Shown: in pieces, positions 19,060 to 28,141 of the stretch
How the letters are laid out: every line of letters begins with the position of its first letter
Numbering within the stretch: the first letter of the stretch is position 1
Virus record (IMG/VR): IMGVR_UViG_3300031673_000001
Strand: one strand, 5' to 3'
Origin: a virus
Taxonomy: Duplodnaviria > Caudoviricetes
DNA length: 64,000 bases
Program-made: the position numbers and the translations under genes
The notes under the pieces: generated by a model
What the model was told of the DNA's origin: nothing
The model's input: the letters and a program-made list of their open reading frames with translations, nothing else
Database searches by the model: none

Positions 19060-19833
19060 TTATCTCAATGAACTATCATAAGGTTTCACATATTTTGCAG
19101 GACTGCCTATATAAGTTCCCGATTCTCTTATATCTTTTAATACAACAGATCCAGCTCCAATAATAACTTTATCACAAATTGAAATGTTACTTCTTGTTAT
19201 AACCCCCTGCCATATATAACAATAATCCCCTACTGTACATCCTCCTCCCAATAAAACTCCTGGTGCAATAAAAGATCTTTTTCCAATAATACAATTATGT
19301 CCTATATTACACTTAACACAAACTTTAGTTCCCTCACCAATAATTGTAGAAGTCATTCCTGCTCGATGTACAATTGATAGTGCCTCAATGTCTACATTGT
19401 CTTCGATAATAATATTACCCATATGTTTTAAATTTATCATACTTCCATCTGGGCATCGGCAATAAGTATTACCATGAACCCCAAATACAACACTTTCATG
19501 AATATTAACATTCTTTCCGATTATGTTTTCTTTTGGTTCTTTATTTTCATTTATTAGATTGTGGGCATAAGTAAAAACATATTCTATACTATCGGATTCA
19601 TCTATAACGTGAACATTAATATTTTCAGGAAGATTCTTAATAACTTCTTCATCCATATGATATGGAACTACAACATCTAAATTTAAACCTATTTTATTAA
19701 GTCTTCTAAGATAATCAGAACTTCTGGCAAATGTTAAACTATCATCAACAGGTTCTAATATTGAGCATGTTTTATCAAATTTTAATAATTTCGCATATTT
19801 TTTTTCTACTAATCCCATCATTTTTTCTCCCAT
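19060..19833 (-). CDS. LpxD-like acyltransferase
   Basis: HMGNIIIEDNVDIEA.SIVHRA....TIIGEGTKV...CNIGHNC.IG resembles the LpxD core. Confidence 0.7.
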   Translation of the reverse strand: MGEKMMGLVEKKYAKLLKFDKTCSILEPVDDSLTFARSSDYLRRLNKIGLNLDVVVPYHMDEEVIKNLPENINVHVIDESDSIEYVFTYAHNLINENKEPKENIIGKNVNIHESVVFGVHGNTYCRCPDGSMINLKHMGNIIIEDNVDIEALSIVHRAGMTSTIIGEGTKVCVKCNIGHNCIIGKRSFIAPGVLLGGGCTVGDYCYIWQGVITRSNISICDKVIIGAGSVVLKDIRESGTYIGSPAKYVKPYDSSLR

Positions 19834-20555
19834 TTCACAAATGTTTCTCCCTTTGGTTTTCCAAGTTTTAGTTTATTCTTCCACTCCTGTCCTTTCCTAC
19901 CATCTATCATTCTCAAATCACCTTGCTTTGTATATAAACCATATTGCCAATTCTTAATATGTTCTCTCATATAATTTTGTGAAAATCTAAATTGTTTTTC
20001 AGGATTTATATTATCAACCATACATTTAAGAGCACCATCAATAAATGCTTTTTTTATTAAAATCGGGTTCAATCCAAATTGTTTCTTCCAATCCTTAGCT
20101 AAATAAAAACCTTCCGGTTGATAAATCCATTTACAAGAAAATGTGTGTATCACTTTTACTCTTGGGGTTGAGTGTTTATACAATCTCAAGCTTGATAATT
20201 TTGGATACTTTTCATGTATAGAAATCATATCATCAATATCAATTGGTCTTAATATATTAATATCATCTTCCCAATGAAAAGCATATGGTGCCTCAACTTG
20301 TGACCAAACCCATTTAACAGCTTTAGGAAATGATGGTTCTTTAGCAATATTATATTTAACTTCATCAAAGAATTTTTTAGCTGTTTTAACCACCTTCATT
20401 GGATCTATGTCTTCCCCTATTGGATCAACATTAATAATTAAACGAAAACCTTTTTGTTTTTTGATAACATTCTTATGTATTGTTCTAAGGGTGCTGGCAA
20501 GCATTTTTGGTCTAATAACTGCAGTCATTGTAATGTCAACTTTATGATCAATCAT
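19818..20555 (-). CDS. Putative GT-A glycosyltransferase
   Basis: TAVIRP N-terminus; FHWEDD acidic motif. Confidence 0.6.
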   Translation of the reverse strand: MIDHKVDITMTAVIRPKMLASTLRTIHKNVIKKQKGFRLIINVDPIGEDIDPMKVVKTAKKFFDEVKYNIAKEPSFPKAVKWVWSQVEAPYAFHWEDDINILRPIDIDDMISIHEKYPKLSSLRLYKHSTPRVKVIHTFSCKWIYQPEGFYLAKDWKKQFGLNPILIKKAFIDGALKCMVDNINPEKQFRFSQNYMREHIKNWQYGLYTKQGDLRMIDGRKGQEWKNKLKLGKPKGETFVKWEKK

Positions 20556-21382
20556 ATATACCTTCCAAATAATTTACCTTTATCATACAATTTGATCTCT
20601 AAATCATTTTTTGGATTTCTTATAAGAAAAGGTTGTAATCTGGGATGTAATTCATGACCAATCCAAAACTCAACAATAAAACCAATATCAATAGTTCTGC
20701 CACCATTCTCTTTTATTAAACCAGAGTATATTCTTCCTAATTCTCCAGCTGCTACCAACCAGAAATCATATTTATTAGCAAATTCAAAAATTTTATTAGA
20801 AACATTTTTAAATGAATTTTTATATTGATTTTCATATTGACCTACAATTTCAACAATATCAACATCATAACCATAACTTTCTAATGTCTCTTTAATTTTA
20901 GGAACTGCTGTTATAATACAAACTTTCCTATCTTTCATTAAATCTAAAATATTTCTTGTATTTTTATTAAATCTAATTGTCATTAAATAATTAGATTCTG
21001 GATTACAGTAATTTTCATTATCAATCTCAAATCTACTATATAAATCTTTCCAAATAGTTAATTTTTTAGCAGTAGAATCACTAATATTTCTAATATCAGA
21101 TTTTACTCTTGGCCAAAAATATCCATCAAAATACACTTGTGCAGAATCAATAAAATCAGCTTGTCTAGCATAATACCCCCATAGATCGAGTATCTCCAAT
21201 ATTCGGTTATGTGGCATTCCTTCTTTTTTCATAATTTTAGCTAAATGACTGGCATCACCTTTTAACACAGCAGACATATATTTCAAACCGCCATCTCCAA
21301 ATCTAATATGTGAAAATGGTATATCATTTTCAATACAATTTTCTAGCTTTGAAAGAATCTCTCTAACTCTATATATTTTCAT
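20552..21382 (-). CDS. GT-D fold-like glycosyltransferase
   Basis: FSHIRFGDGG; VAAGELG; IDIG. Confidence 0.65.
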   Translation of the reverse strand: MKIYRVREILSKLENCIENDIPFSHIRFGDGGLKYMSAVLKGDASHLAKIMKKEGMPHNRILEILDLWGYYARQADFIDSAQVYFDGYFWPRVKSDIRNISDSTAKKLTIWKDLYSRFEIDNENYCNPESNYLMTIRFNKNTRNILDLMKDRKVCIITAVPKIKETLESYGYDVDIVEIVGQYENQYKNSFKNVSNKIFEFANKYDFWLVAAGELGRIYSGLIKENGGRTIDIGFIVEFWIGHELHPRLQPFLIRNPKNDLEIKLYDKGKLFGRYI

Positions 21383-22397
21383 CTTTTAACCTTTTCAAAA
21401 GATTAACAAATTCAATCATATTTTCTTCTCTACTACCTAGTTCAATAATTTTCTTTCTTCCTCTCTTTCCAAGTTCCTCTTGGAGCTTCAAATCATTCAT
21501 AAGATTTCTAGTTGCTTTGACAAATGATGTTAAATTATTTAAACAAATCAATCCCGTTTTCATATGAGTTAAATAATCCTTCATTCCGTTCATTTCACTG
21601 TCTGTTCCAATGACAGCACACTCTGTTAAAAGAGCTTCAGCAGGAGGCATATGTAAACCCTCAAGAGAACTAGGAGCTAACCAAATATTAACACGATTAT
21701 AAAATTCATTTTTTTCTTTTAATGATGGTTTCTGAATATAATGTTCCATTAAAAAACCTTTTGGTCTTGAATGAGTTCCAAACATCCAAAATTCAACATC
21801 ATTTCTTTTAGTTTTTATTTCAAAAGCTGTTTGATATAACCATGATGTTCTCTTCTCTTGATTTTTTCTATCTTCATTATACAAACCACCAATAATTATT
21901 TTTTGATTATTTTCTCGAATTCCTAAGGGTTTAAAACTATCAATATCATATCCAGGTCTAACAATGTGGCATTTACAATTATAAAATTCAAGTTTCTTTT
22001 GAAGTCCAATACCATTAACTAATTTAATTGTTGGAGCTCCCAAAATTTTTTTGACAATATCACGTTCAGGCATCTGCCATGTCTCCCATGCTCTCAACCA
22101 ATGCAGTTTAATACCACAACTGGAAGGAGCACTAACAGTTGGACCAACTGATTTATAACCTGTCGCAATAATAAAATCTGCATCGGGAATTCTATTACAT
22201 CTCAAATGTTCAGCTTTTAAAGGAGTCCATGTATGACAATTCTTTCCACTATCAACAATATAAACCTCATGACCCAAATCAACTAATGTATTTGCTGAAT
22301 TAATTATTGTGCTACTTCCACCATTATCCCCAAGTCCAACTCTTCTAAGATCGAAAGTAATCCTCATACTGATCAATTCCCTCATCAACTGTATCAC
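21369..22397 (-). CDS. GT4 glycosyltransferase
   Basis: GGSSTI, EGLHMPPAEALLTECAVI. Confidence 0.85.
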   Translation of the reverse strand: MIQLMRELISMRITFDLRRVGLGDNGGSSTIINSANTLVDLGHEVYIVDSGKNCHTWTPLKAEHLRCNRIPDADFIIATGYKSVGPTVSAPSSCGIKLHWLRAWETWQMPERDIVKKILGAPTIKLVNGIGLQKKLEFYNCKCHIVRPGYDIDSFKPLGIRENNQKIIIGGLYNEDRKNQEKRTSWLYQTAFEIKTKRNDVEFWMFGTHSRPKGFLMEHYIQKPSLKEKNEFYNRVNIWLAPSSLEGLHMPPAEALLTECAVIGTDSEMNGMKDYLTHMKTGLICLNNLTSFVKATRNLMNDLKLQEELGKRGRKKIIELGSREENMIEFVNLLKRLKDENI

Positions 22398-23154
22398 ATT
22401 TAATTACTACACTCTTCAATGGATTCATCAAATTTATAGCATCATTAGTAAATTTCTCTTTAACTGTTATTACACTAGTTCCACATAAAACTGCAAATTT
22501 TGCTAAATCATCATCAAAATTTGAAATAACAAATTTACACTTCTTTAAAAGTTCAATCAAACATCCTAATGTAGAAGAACTTTCAGTGCACATATATTTT
22601 ATCTTCTCATAAAAACTCTCACTTGTAATCACATTATAATTTTCTAATTCTATACTTTCATCATTTGTAACTACAATATTCGTTAAATCTTCATAAACTT
22701 TATTGATTATGTAAGAGTTTTCAGATCTTGGTTTATAATCATAATCCATATGTGCTCGTGGAAATTGCCATTTCACTTTATACATAAAACCTTCAATTCT
22801 AGGTGCATAATGATCTACTATCTTATATGTCTTCATATACTTTTTTTCTATAAAATTATAAATATGCACATATTCATCAACATAATATCCTTTAATCTTA
22901 AATCCATCCTCCTTATATATATTGTCATCTATTTTAAGAGGGACCAATATACTTGCGTACTGCCCATATAAATCGAAACTTCTTGATCTCGTAAAAACTA
23001 TTAGATGATAATTAGGAAATCTCTTTTTTAATGAGATAGCATATGGAGCAAATCTATACATCTCCCAATACAACTCACCAATAAAAGGACCAAATATAAA
23101 TGCTTTTTTACTTCCCTTTACCTTTCTCTGGTTTCGGATCATTAGTTTTCTCAT
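22345..23154 (-). CDS. Putative glycosyltransferase-like protein, paralog of 23337..24263
   Basis: Shared GPF.GELYWE..RFAP and FDLYG..ASILVPL.ID. Confidence 0.55.
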   Translation of the reverse strand: MRKLMIRNQRKVKGSKKAFIFGPFIGELYWEMYRFAPYAISLKKRFPNYHLIVFTRSRSFDLYGQYASILVPLKIDDNIYKEDGFKIKGYYVDEYVHIYNFIEKKYMKTYKIVDHYAPRIEGFMYKVKWQFPRAHMDYDYKPRSENSYIINKVYEDLTNIVVTNDESIELENYNVITSESFYEKIKYMCTESSSTLGCLIELLKKCKFVISNFDDDLAKFAVLCGTSVITVKEKFTNDAINLMNPLKSVVIKCDTVDEGIDQYEDYFRS

Positions 23155-23344
23155 TCACTAATATAGTTAGTCTTTTAACCTCACCTTGTAATTTTGCAAT
23201 CTCATATTTCATACCACTTAGCATTCCTCTAATTTCTCTAATCGGAAATTCTTCATAACTTCCGCCCATCATTTCTAATTCAATAAGATGTTTATCAATC
23301 TTCTCAATCTTTCTTAAATTCGCTTCCAAAAATGCATTATCCAT
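23108..23344 (-). CDS. Small coiled-coil hypothetical protein
   Basis: ORF track; overlaps both neighbours. Confidence 0.5.
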   Translation of the reverse strand: MDNAFLEANLRKIEKIDKHLIELEMMGGSYEEFPIREIRGMLSGMKYEIAKLQGEVKRLTILVNEKTNDPKPEKGKGK

Positions 23345-24263
23345 TTTTTATTTCTCCTTTTTTTCTATTTAAAATTTTCTTAAAATTTTCATATATTTTC
23401 TTTGGTTCAATATCGTATTTACAATCATCAATAAATACGATTGAAGTATTATGAACATTATACGTTTTCGTATGCAACGATTTCTGACATCCAAATTCTA
23501 ACACTGGAACTTTATACAGCAAAGAAATATTTGGAATGGCACTTTGAGAACCAAATGTGAAAAATGCCTTTTCCATTATTACTAATAAAATACCAACCAA
23601 GGAAGAGCTTCCATTTAGTTTTATTTTATTCATATCCAAAAATCTATCATACTTATCCGGTACATATTCATTAACCTTTCCACAGATTATAAAATTATAA
23701 AATTCATTTAAATCTTTATCCTCATAAAGCATATCATAAAAACTTTGCCAGTGTATCCAATTTCTTCTAAATCCAATTCTAAATCTCGGGGAAATAACCA
23801 CAATAGGTTTGTCTTTTGGTAAATATGCGTCAACCAAATTATAATTATTTTCTCTTGGAGCAAATTTGAAAACCATACGTTGTCTATCATACTGATGTTT
23901 TCTATCAAAGAATCCCTTCTTGACATTGGGATAGATATGTTCCATTATATTATACTTAACTTCATATTTTTTTCTAAATTTTTTACTAATTTCTTCATAT
24001 TCTTCAGGATTCAAACCATTTAATCTAAAACAATTTGGTTGTTTTTTACCTACATAATCTCCATCAATTCTTAAAGGAACTAAAATACTAGCAAACTTTC
24101 CATATAAATCAAACCTTTCTTCTCTAGTATAAATAATATATTTAACATTTCTTTTTTTATATTTTTTAGATCTCATAAAAGGAAGCATTGGTGCAAATCT
24201 ACCACATTCCCAATAAAGCTCTCCAACGAAAGGTCCCATAAGAACAGCATCTTCTTTCTTCAT
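23337..24263 (-). CDS. Putative GT9-like glycosyltransferase
   Basis: C-terminal FGSQSAIPNISLLYKVPVL; context. Confidence 0.55.
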   Translation of the reverse strand: MKKEDAVLMGPFVGELYWECGRFAPMLPFMRSKKYKKRNVKYIIYTREERFDLYGKFASILVPLRIDGDYVGKKQPNCFRLNGLNPEEYEEISKKFRKKYEVKYNIMEHIYPNVKKGFFDRKHQYDRQRMVFKFAPRENNYNLVDAYLPKDKPIVVISPRFRIGFRRNWIHWQSFYDMLYEDKDLNEFYNFIICGKVNEYVPDKYDRFLDMNKIKLNGSSSLVGILLVIMEKAFFTFGSQSAIPNISLLYKVPVLEFGCQKSLHTKTYNVHNTSIVFIDDCKYDIEPKKIYENFKKILNRKKGEIKNG

Positions 24264-24264
24264 A

Positions 24265-25098
24265 TTACCAATCCTTGTTCATAGATTGATCATTAGAAAC
24301 CTTTTCATAGAAATCTTTAAATGTAAAGCTTTCAATATTCTTTTCAGCTTCTACAAATTGAATTAATTTTTCCCTTTTTGGATCATTTTTATGACTCGTT
24401 AATTTATTACAAACAGACCCCGCCATCTTTCCACAATGAACTCCTAATTTAACACCTATGCCCATTATGTAAGGTTTGTTTTCATTTTTTTGTTGCATAA
24501 GTTTCCAATAGTGTTGATCGTGCTTTTTATCTTGCTTCACTAATGGTCCCAATGCAAGAGTTCCAACATCTGAAAAAAAATTATTTCTCATACTCCAAAG
24601 ACCCGAACCTCCCAAGTGACCAACTTTTGCATCAACTCCATTAATTTTAATATTATCAGAAATTTGTTTAATTCCTCCAGGTAGCTGTCCAATAACTTTA
24701 ATATGTTTCATTTTATTTTCTTTAACATAATTCCATGCCAACTTAAGATTTTTATCCCATTCTGGAGCAACAATAATATCATTATCTAAACATACTAAAA
24801 AATCATACTTGTGTTTTATAGGATCCTCTTCATGCTGTCTACCAAAGAAATTAAATGCTGACGCTTTACTAAAAGCATTGAATGTTGAATCTTTTGTTGT
24901 AAATGTAATCTGCGCAATTTTACCTGCAATATACTGCTCACAAAAATAAGCAAAGTGTTTAGCTACCATATAATTAGTGCTATTATCATAAACATATATT
25001 TGGTGTGGTATTGTTGAATGCCTTCTTAATCCTTCAAGACACTTCTTTGTTATCTCTAATCTATTTCTTACCGAAATAAATATCTTAATCATTAGCAA
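24265..25098 (-). CDS. GT2 glycosyltransferase
   Basis: IFISVRNR...VYDNS...CLDNDI. Confidence 0.8.
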   Translation of the reverse strand: MLMIKIFISVRNRLEITKKCLEGLRRHSTIPHQIYVYDNSTNYMVAKHFAYFCEQYIAGKIAQITFTTKDSTFNAFSKASAFNFFGRQHEEDPIKHKYDFLVCLDNDIIVAPEWDKNLKLAWNYVKENKMKHIKVIGQLPGGIKQISDNIKINGVDAKVGHLGGSGLWSMRNNFFSDVGTLALGPLVKQDKKHDQHYWKLMQQKNENKPYIMGIGVKLGVHCGKMAGSVCNKLTSHKNDPKREKLIQFVEAEKNIESFTFKDFYEKVSNDQSMNKDW

Positions 25099-26389
25099 TT
25101 AACTCCTCAATTTTTTCAACTGCTAGATCCTTATCTATTTGATCGTAACAGGGACTTGCACCATCTGATCCTGCTTTTGGACAAGGATTATGACCATGAA
25201 GAAAACAAGGAGAACAAGGCAAAACACCATCAACCCAACCTGCTTTAGGATATGTTTTTAATCTAATAAAACCTGGGAATGGACCATATATACCATAACA
25301 AGGAATATTCATTGATGCTGCAATGTGATTTAATGCTGAATCGGTTGCTACAGCACATTTTGATAAATAAGTTAGAGCAATTGTATAATCTAGAGTTTTT
25401 GAAAATTTTGAAAAGTTATAAACCTTACTTCTATCACAACTTAAATAATCCTGTATGAAATTATCCATCTGTTCTTCTTGTCTCTTCGTATCAGTTAAAA
25501 CAACATTATGCCCTTTATCTACTAATTTATTAATTAATTCTCCAAAAAACTCTGGTCGAGGTGTACGTATTGGAGAACTAGCTCGAACTTGCATAATAAT
25601 AAAATTCTTTTCTTCCAATTCCCAACCACCAAGAACATCTTTAACCTCATCAACAATATGCCATTTTGGTTCTTGCTCAGGAATTAATAATTTATCATCC
25701 AAGTCCAAACCAATCCATCTAGAAAAAAGATTATATGCATTTTGGTGTTGAGCTAACTTACATCTTTCAATAACACCTTCAAATAAAACATGATAATCAG
25801 AATCTAATAATAATCTTAATTGATAAGGTAGCTCAAGTAACTCATCAATACAATCCCAATTTTCAACCATCGCTTTATATTGCGGACCACAGGCAAATCT
25901 AATATAACAATTTGGATATTTTTCTTTTAGATATTTAAGATTTGGTTGAATAAATAAAAGATCTCCAATGCCACCTGTCCTAGAAACTAAAATTGACTTT
26001 CCATCCAATTCCTCTCCAGCATATGGACGATACACTCTTGAAAATTCAGGTTTGGTAGGTTTTAGAAGTGCTTTGCCACCTTTTTCTGGTTTGTGTAATT
26101 GCTGATAAACCCCTAATCCCATAACATACTTATTACCTTTTTTAAGAACCTGCTCCTTAAAAAAGTTTTGAACAAATGAAACTCTAGTTCTAGCTTCTGC
26201 AACAATAATATTTGGAGGACTCTTTCTCAATTCATCAAAATCAGCAACCATTTTAATATCTGCTGATTTCAAACCAAGTTCACGCATTTTTGATTTTGAT
26301 ACCTTTCGAAACTTTTTCATTTTTGGAAGATCGCTATACCAATACCCAAGATTACTTTCTGAATTCTCACCATTCAATTCAATAGACAT
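25085..26389 (-). CDS. GT9 (heptosyltransferase-like) glycosyltransferase
   Basis: RTGGIGDLL; ATDSALNHIAASMNIPCYGIYGP; PCSPC. Confidence 0.85.
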   Translation of the reverse strand: MSIELNGENSESNLGYWYSDLPKMKKFRKVSKSKMRELGLKSADIKMVADFDELRKSPPNIIVAEARTRVSFVQNFFKEQVLKKGNKYVMGLGVYQQLHKPEKGGKALLKPTKPEFSRVYRPYAGEELDGKSILVSRTGGIGDLLFIQPNLKYLKEKYPNCYIRFACGPQYKAMVENWDCIDELLELPYQLRLLLDSDYHVLFEGVIERCKLAQHQNAYNLFSRWIGLDLDDKLLIPEQEPKWHIVDEVKDVLGGWELEEKNFIIMQVRASSPIRTPRPEFFGELINKLVDKGHNVVLTDTKRQEEQMDNFIQDYLSCDRSKVYNFSKFSKTLDYTIALTYLSKCAVATDSALNHIAASMNIPCYGIYGPFPGFIRLKTYPKAGWVDGVLPCSPCFLHGHNPCPKAGSDGASPCYDQIDKDLAVEKIEELIAND

Positions 26390-26410
26390 TATTCACTTCC
26401 TTTCTTGTAT

Positions 26411-27043
26411 TTATTTTTTCAACTCATTATCTAATTCTACACTTGCAATTGCTTTATAAATTAAAGCTTTTTCTGAAATAACTTCATCATATGCATTCTC
26501 AATAAGATACTTTACACTAAATTCTCTACCTTCAAGTTGATTTCTATCTTCTTCTTCACATCCTAATTCATCTTCAATATTACTCAAAAGCTCATCAGCA
26601 TCTTCATCTGGAACATGATCTATAGCATTAAAGACTTCAGCTACTCCTTTTTTACCTTTCCAACCTTTACTAACTGCAGCAAAAAATTGTTTTTTCTTTT
26701 CTCCTTCTAACTCATTTGGAGAATTAACACCAAATTTTTGTAGCATTCCTTTAAAATATTCTTGATATCCACTTTCTTCTCTTATATTATATTTTTCACT
26801 CATATCTAAAATAATATCAACCATGTCCATAGCTGATTCAATAAGTTTAACTTTACCATATCTTCCATCTAAAATATCGTCAACTAATGTATCTGAATCG
26901 CTCATAATTTTTTGCTCCTTAGTTGGAACTCCCATAGGACCCTGACCTTTTCCTCTGCCTTGACTTTTTTGTTCTCCCTCCGGGATACATTTTTTTCTCA
27001 TTGGTCAATAAACCATCCCTTCTGGACATTTTGGATCTGCCAT
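26411..27043 (-). CDS. Putative head-internal protein with an in-frame TGA at codon 13 (possible selenocysteine)
   Basis: GGAGGAG RBS and ATG 27043 one base after the upstream stop; MADPKCPEGMVY*PMRKKCIP continues in frame into track ORF 26411..27001; YQEYFKGMLQKFGVNSPNEL..EKKKQFF resembles recalled T4-like head-core motif. Confidence 0.65.
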
Positions 27044-27044
27044 T

Positions 27045-27443
27045 TTATTCTCCTCCAGTGCCAGTACGCCTACGATAAGCGGCAACTTTTCTTGTTATTT
27101 GTGATATTCTATTACGTATTTCTAATCGTTTTTTTCTATATGAGTCAACAGCTGCATTGATTCCCTTTGAACATAATTTTGGATTACTTGCTTCCACACA
27201 TTGACTTCTTAATGTAATAATTCTTGCCAGAGCTTTATCAATAGCACCCATATGACAAGTTTCTTTACATAAATCTCTTACATATTTATTTTCTTCTCTC
27301 ACACATCTAGAATCATAACAATCAGTCCAATCCAAATTTTTTTGTCCTTTAATTCTAGCAATAGCTAATGTGGAACTGAATTCCTCTGATAAAAGCTCCA
27401 GCTTTTCATCTACAAGAACTTCAGCGTCATATAATTTAGACAT
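27045..27443 (-). CDS. Cys-rich virion-type protein (divergent member of the 4-Cys family)
   Basis: C...C...LRSQCVEASNPKLC pattern shared with 27454, 30542, 47002, 50700. Confidence 0.65.
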   Translation of the reverse strand: MSKLYDAEVLVDEKLELLSEEFSSTLAIARIKGQKNLDWTDCYDSRCVREENKYVRDLCKETCHMGAIDKALARIITLRSQCVEASNPKLCSKGINAAVDSYRKKRLEIRNRISQITRKVAAYRRRTGTGGE

Positions 27444-27453
27444 TATATTTTCC

Positions 27454-28128
27454 TCAATCTTGTATATAATTTAAATATTTTAAAATCTCTTCTTCTTTTA
27501 ACTTACTTTTATATTTTTTTATCTTCGCTTTAAGTTTATTTATTTTAGAATCCATTTTCTGAATACATTGTTTAGGATTTTTTGTTTCTTTACAATCTTT
27601 TTTCTTATTTTGAATTGCAGAAATATAATGTTCAGCAGCTTTTGATTTAAAACTATTTATACAATTTTCTTTATCATTGCCACTTCTTCCTTTACACGCT
27701 TTAGCTGCTTGAGAAAAGAATTTTTTATAAGCAACAATTCCTACTGCAACAGCAGAACCAACAAGCAAAGCGACTCCAATTCCGATAGCAATATTTTGAT
27801 CTAACCCCAAAATTTTATCAGCAGATGTTGTTTTTGAATGTGACCCTAATGGTATTTTATCTGCATCTTGCCATTTTTCATATGCTCCTCTTGACTTAAA
27901 ATATTTGCTTTGAGCTGTTCGTCTGGCGTCCTTAATTTTTTCATAGTTATCTTTCACAAATTTTATTACATTCTCATCACCAGTTTTTCTAGCATCTTGT
28001 AATACATGAGCTGTATTTCTTTCCTCTCTTTTTAAACTAATAAAATATCTAAAAAGACCATTTAATTTCTTTTCAGCTTCTGGATCATAACGACTCTCTA
28101 ATATATATTCAGTGATTGGATCTATCAT
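27454..28128 (-). CDS. TM plus 4-Cys domain protein
   Basis: TM helix then YKKFFSQAAKAC...C...C..TKNPKQC. Confidence 0.75.
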   Translation of the reverse strand: MIDPITEYILESRYDPEAEKKLNGLFRYFISLKREERNTAHVLQDARKTGDENVIKFVKDNYEKIKDARRTAQSKYFKSRGAYEKWQDADKIPLGSHSKTTSADKILGLDQNIAIGIGVALLVGSAVAVGIVAYKKFFSQAAKACKGRSGNDKENCINSFKSKAAEHYISAIQNKKKDCKETKNPKQCIQKMDSKINKLKAKIKKYKSKLKEEEILKYLNYIQD

Positions 28129-28141
28129 TATTTAGTTCTCC

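Noticed and set aside
27005-27007. Genome-wide TGA recoding (code 4 or 25)
   Set aside because: Many genes end in TGA overlapping the next ATG (388, 1056, 4577, 12362), so TGA is a normal stop
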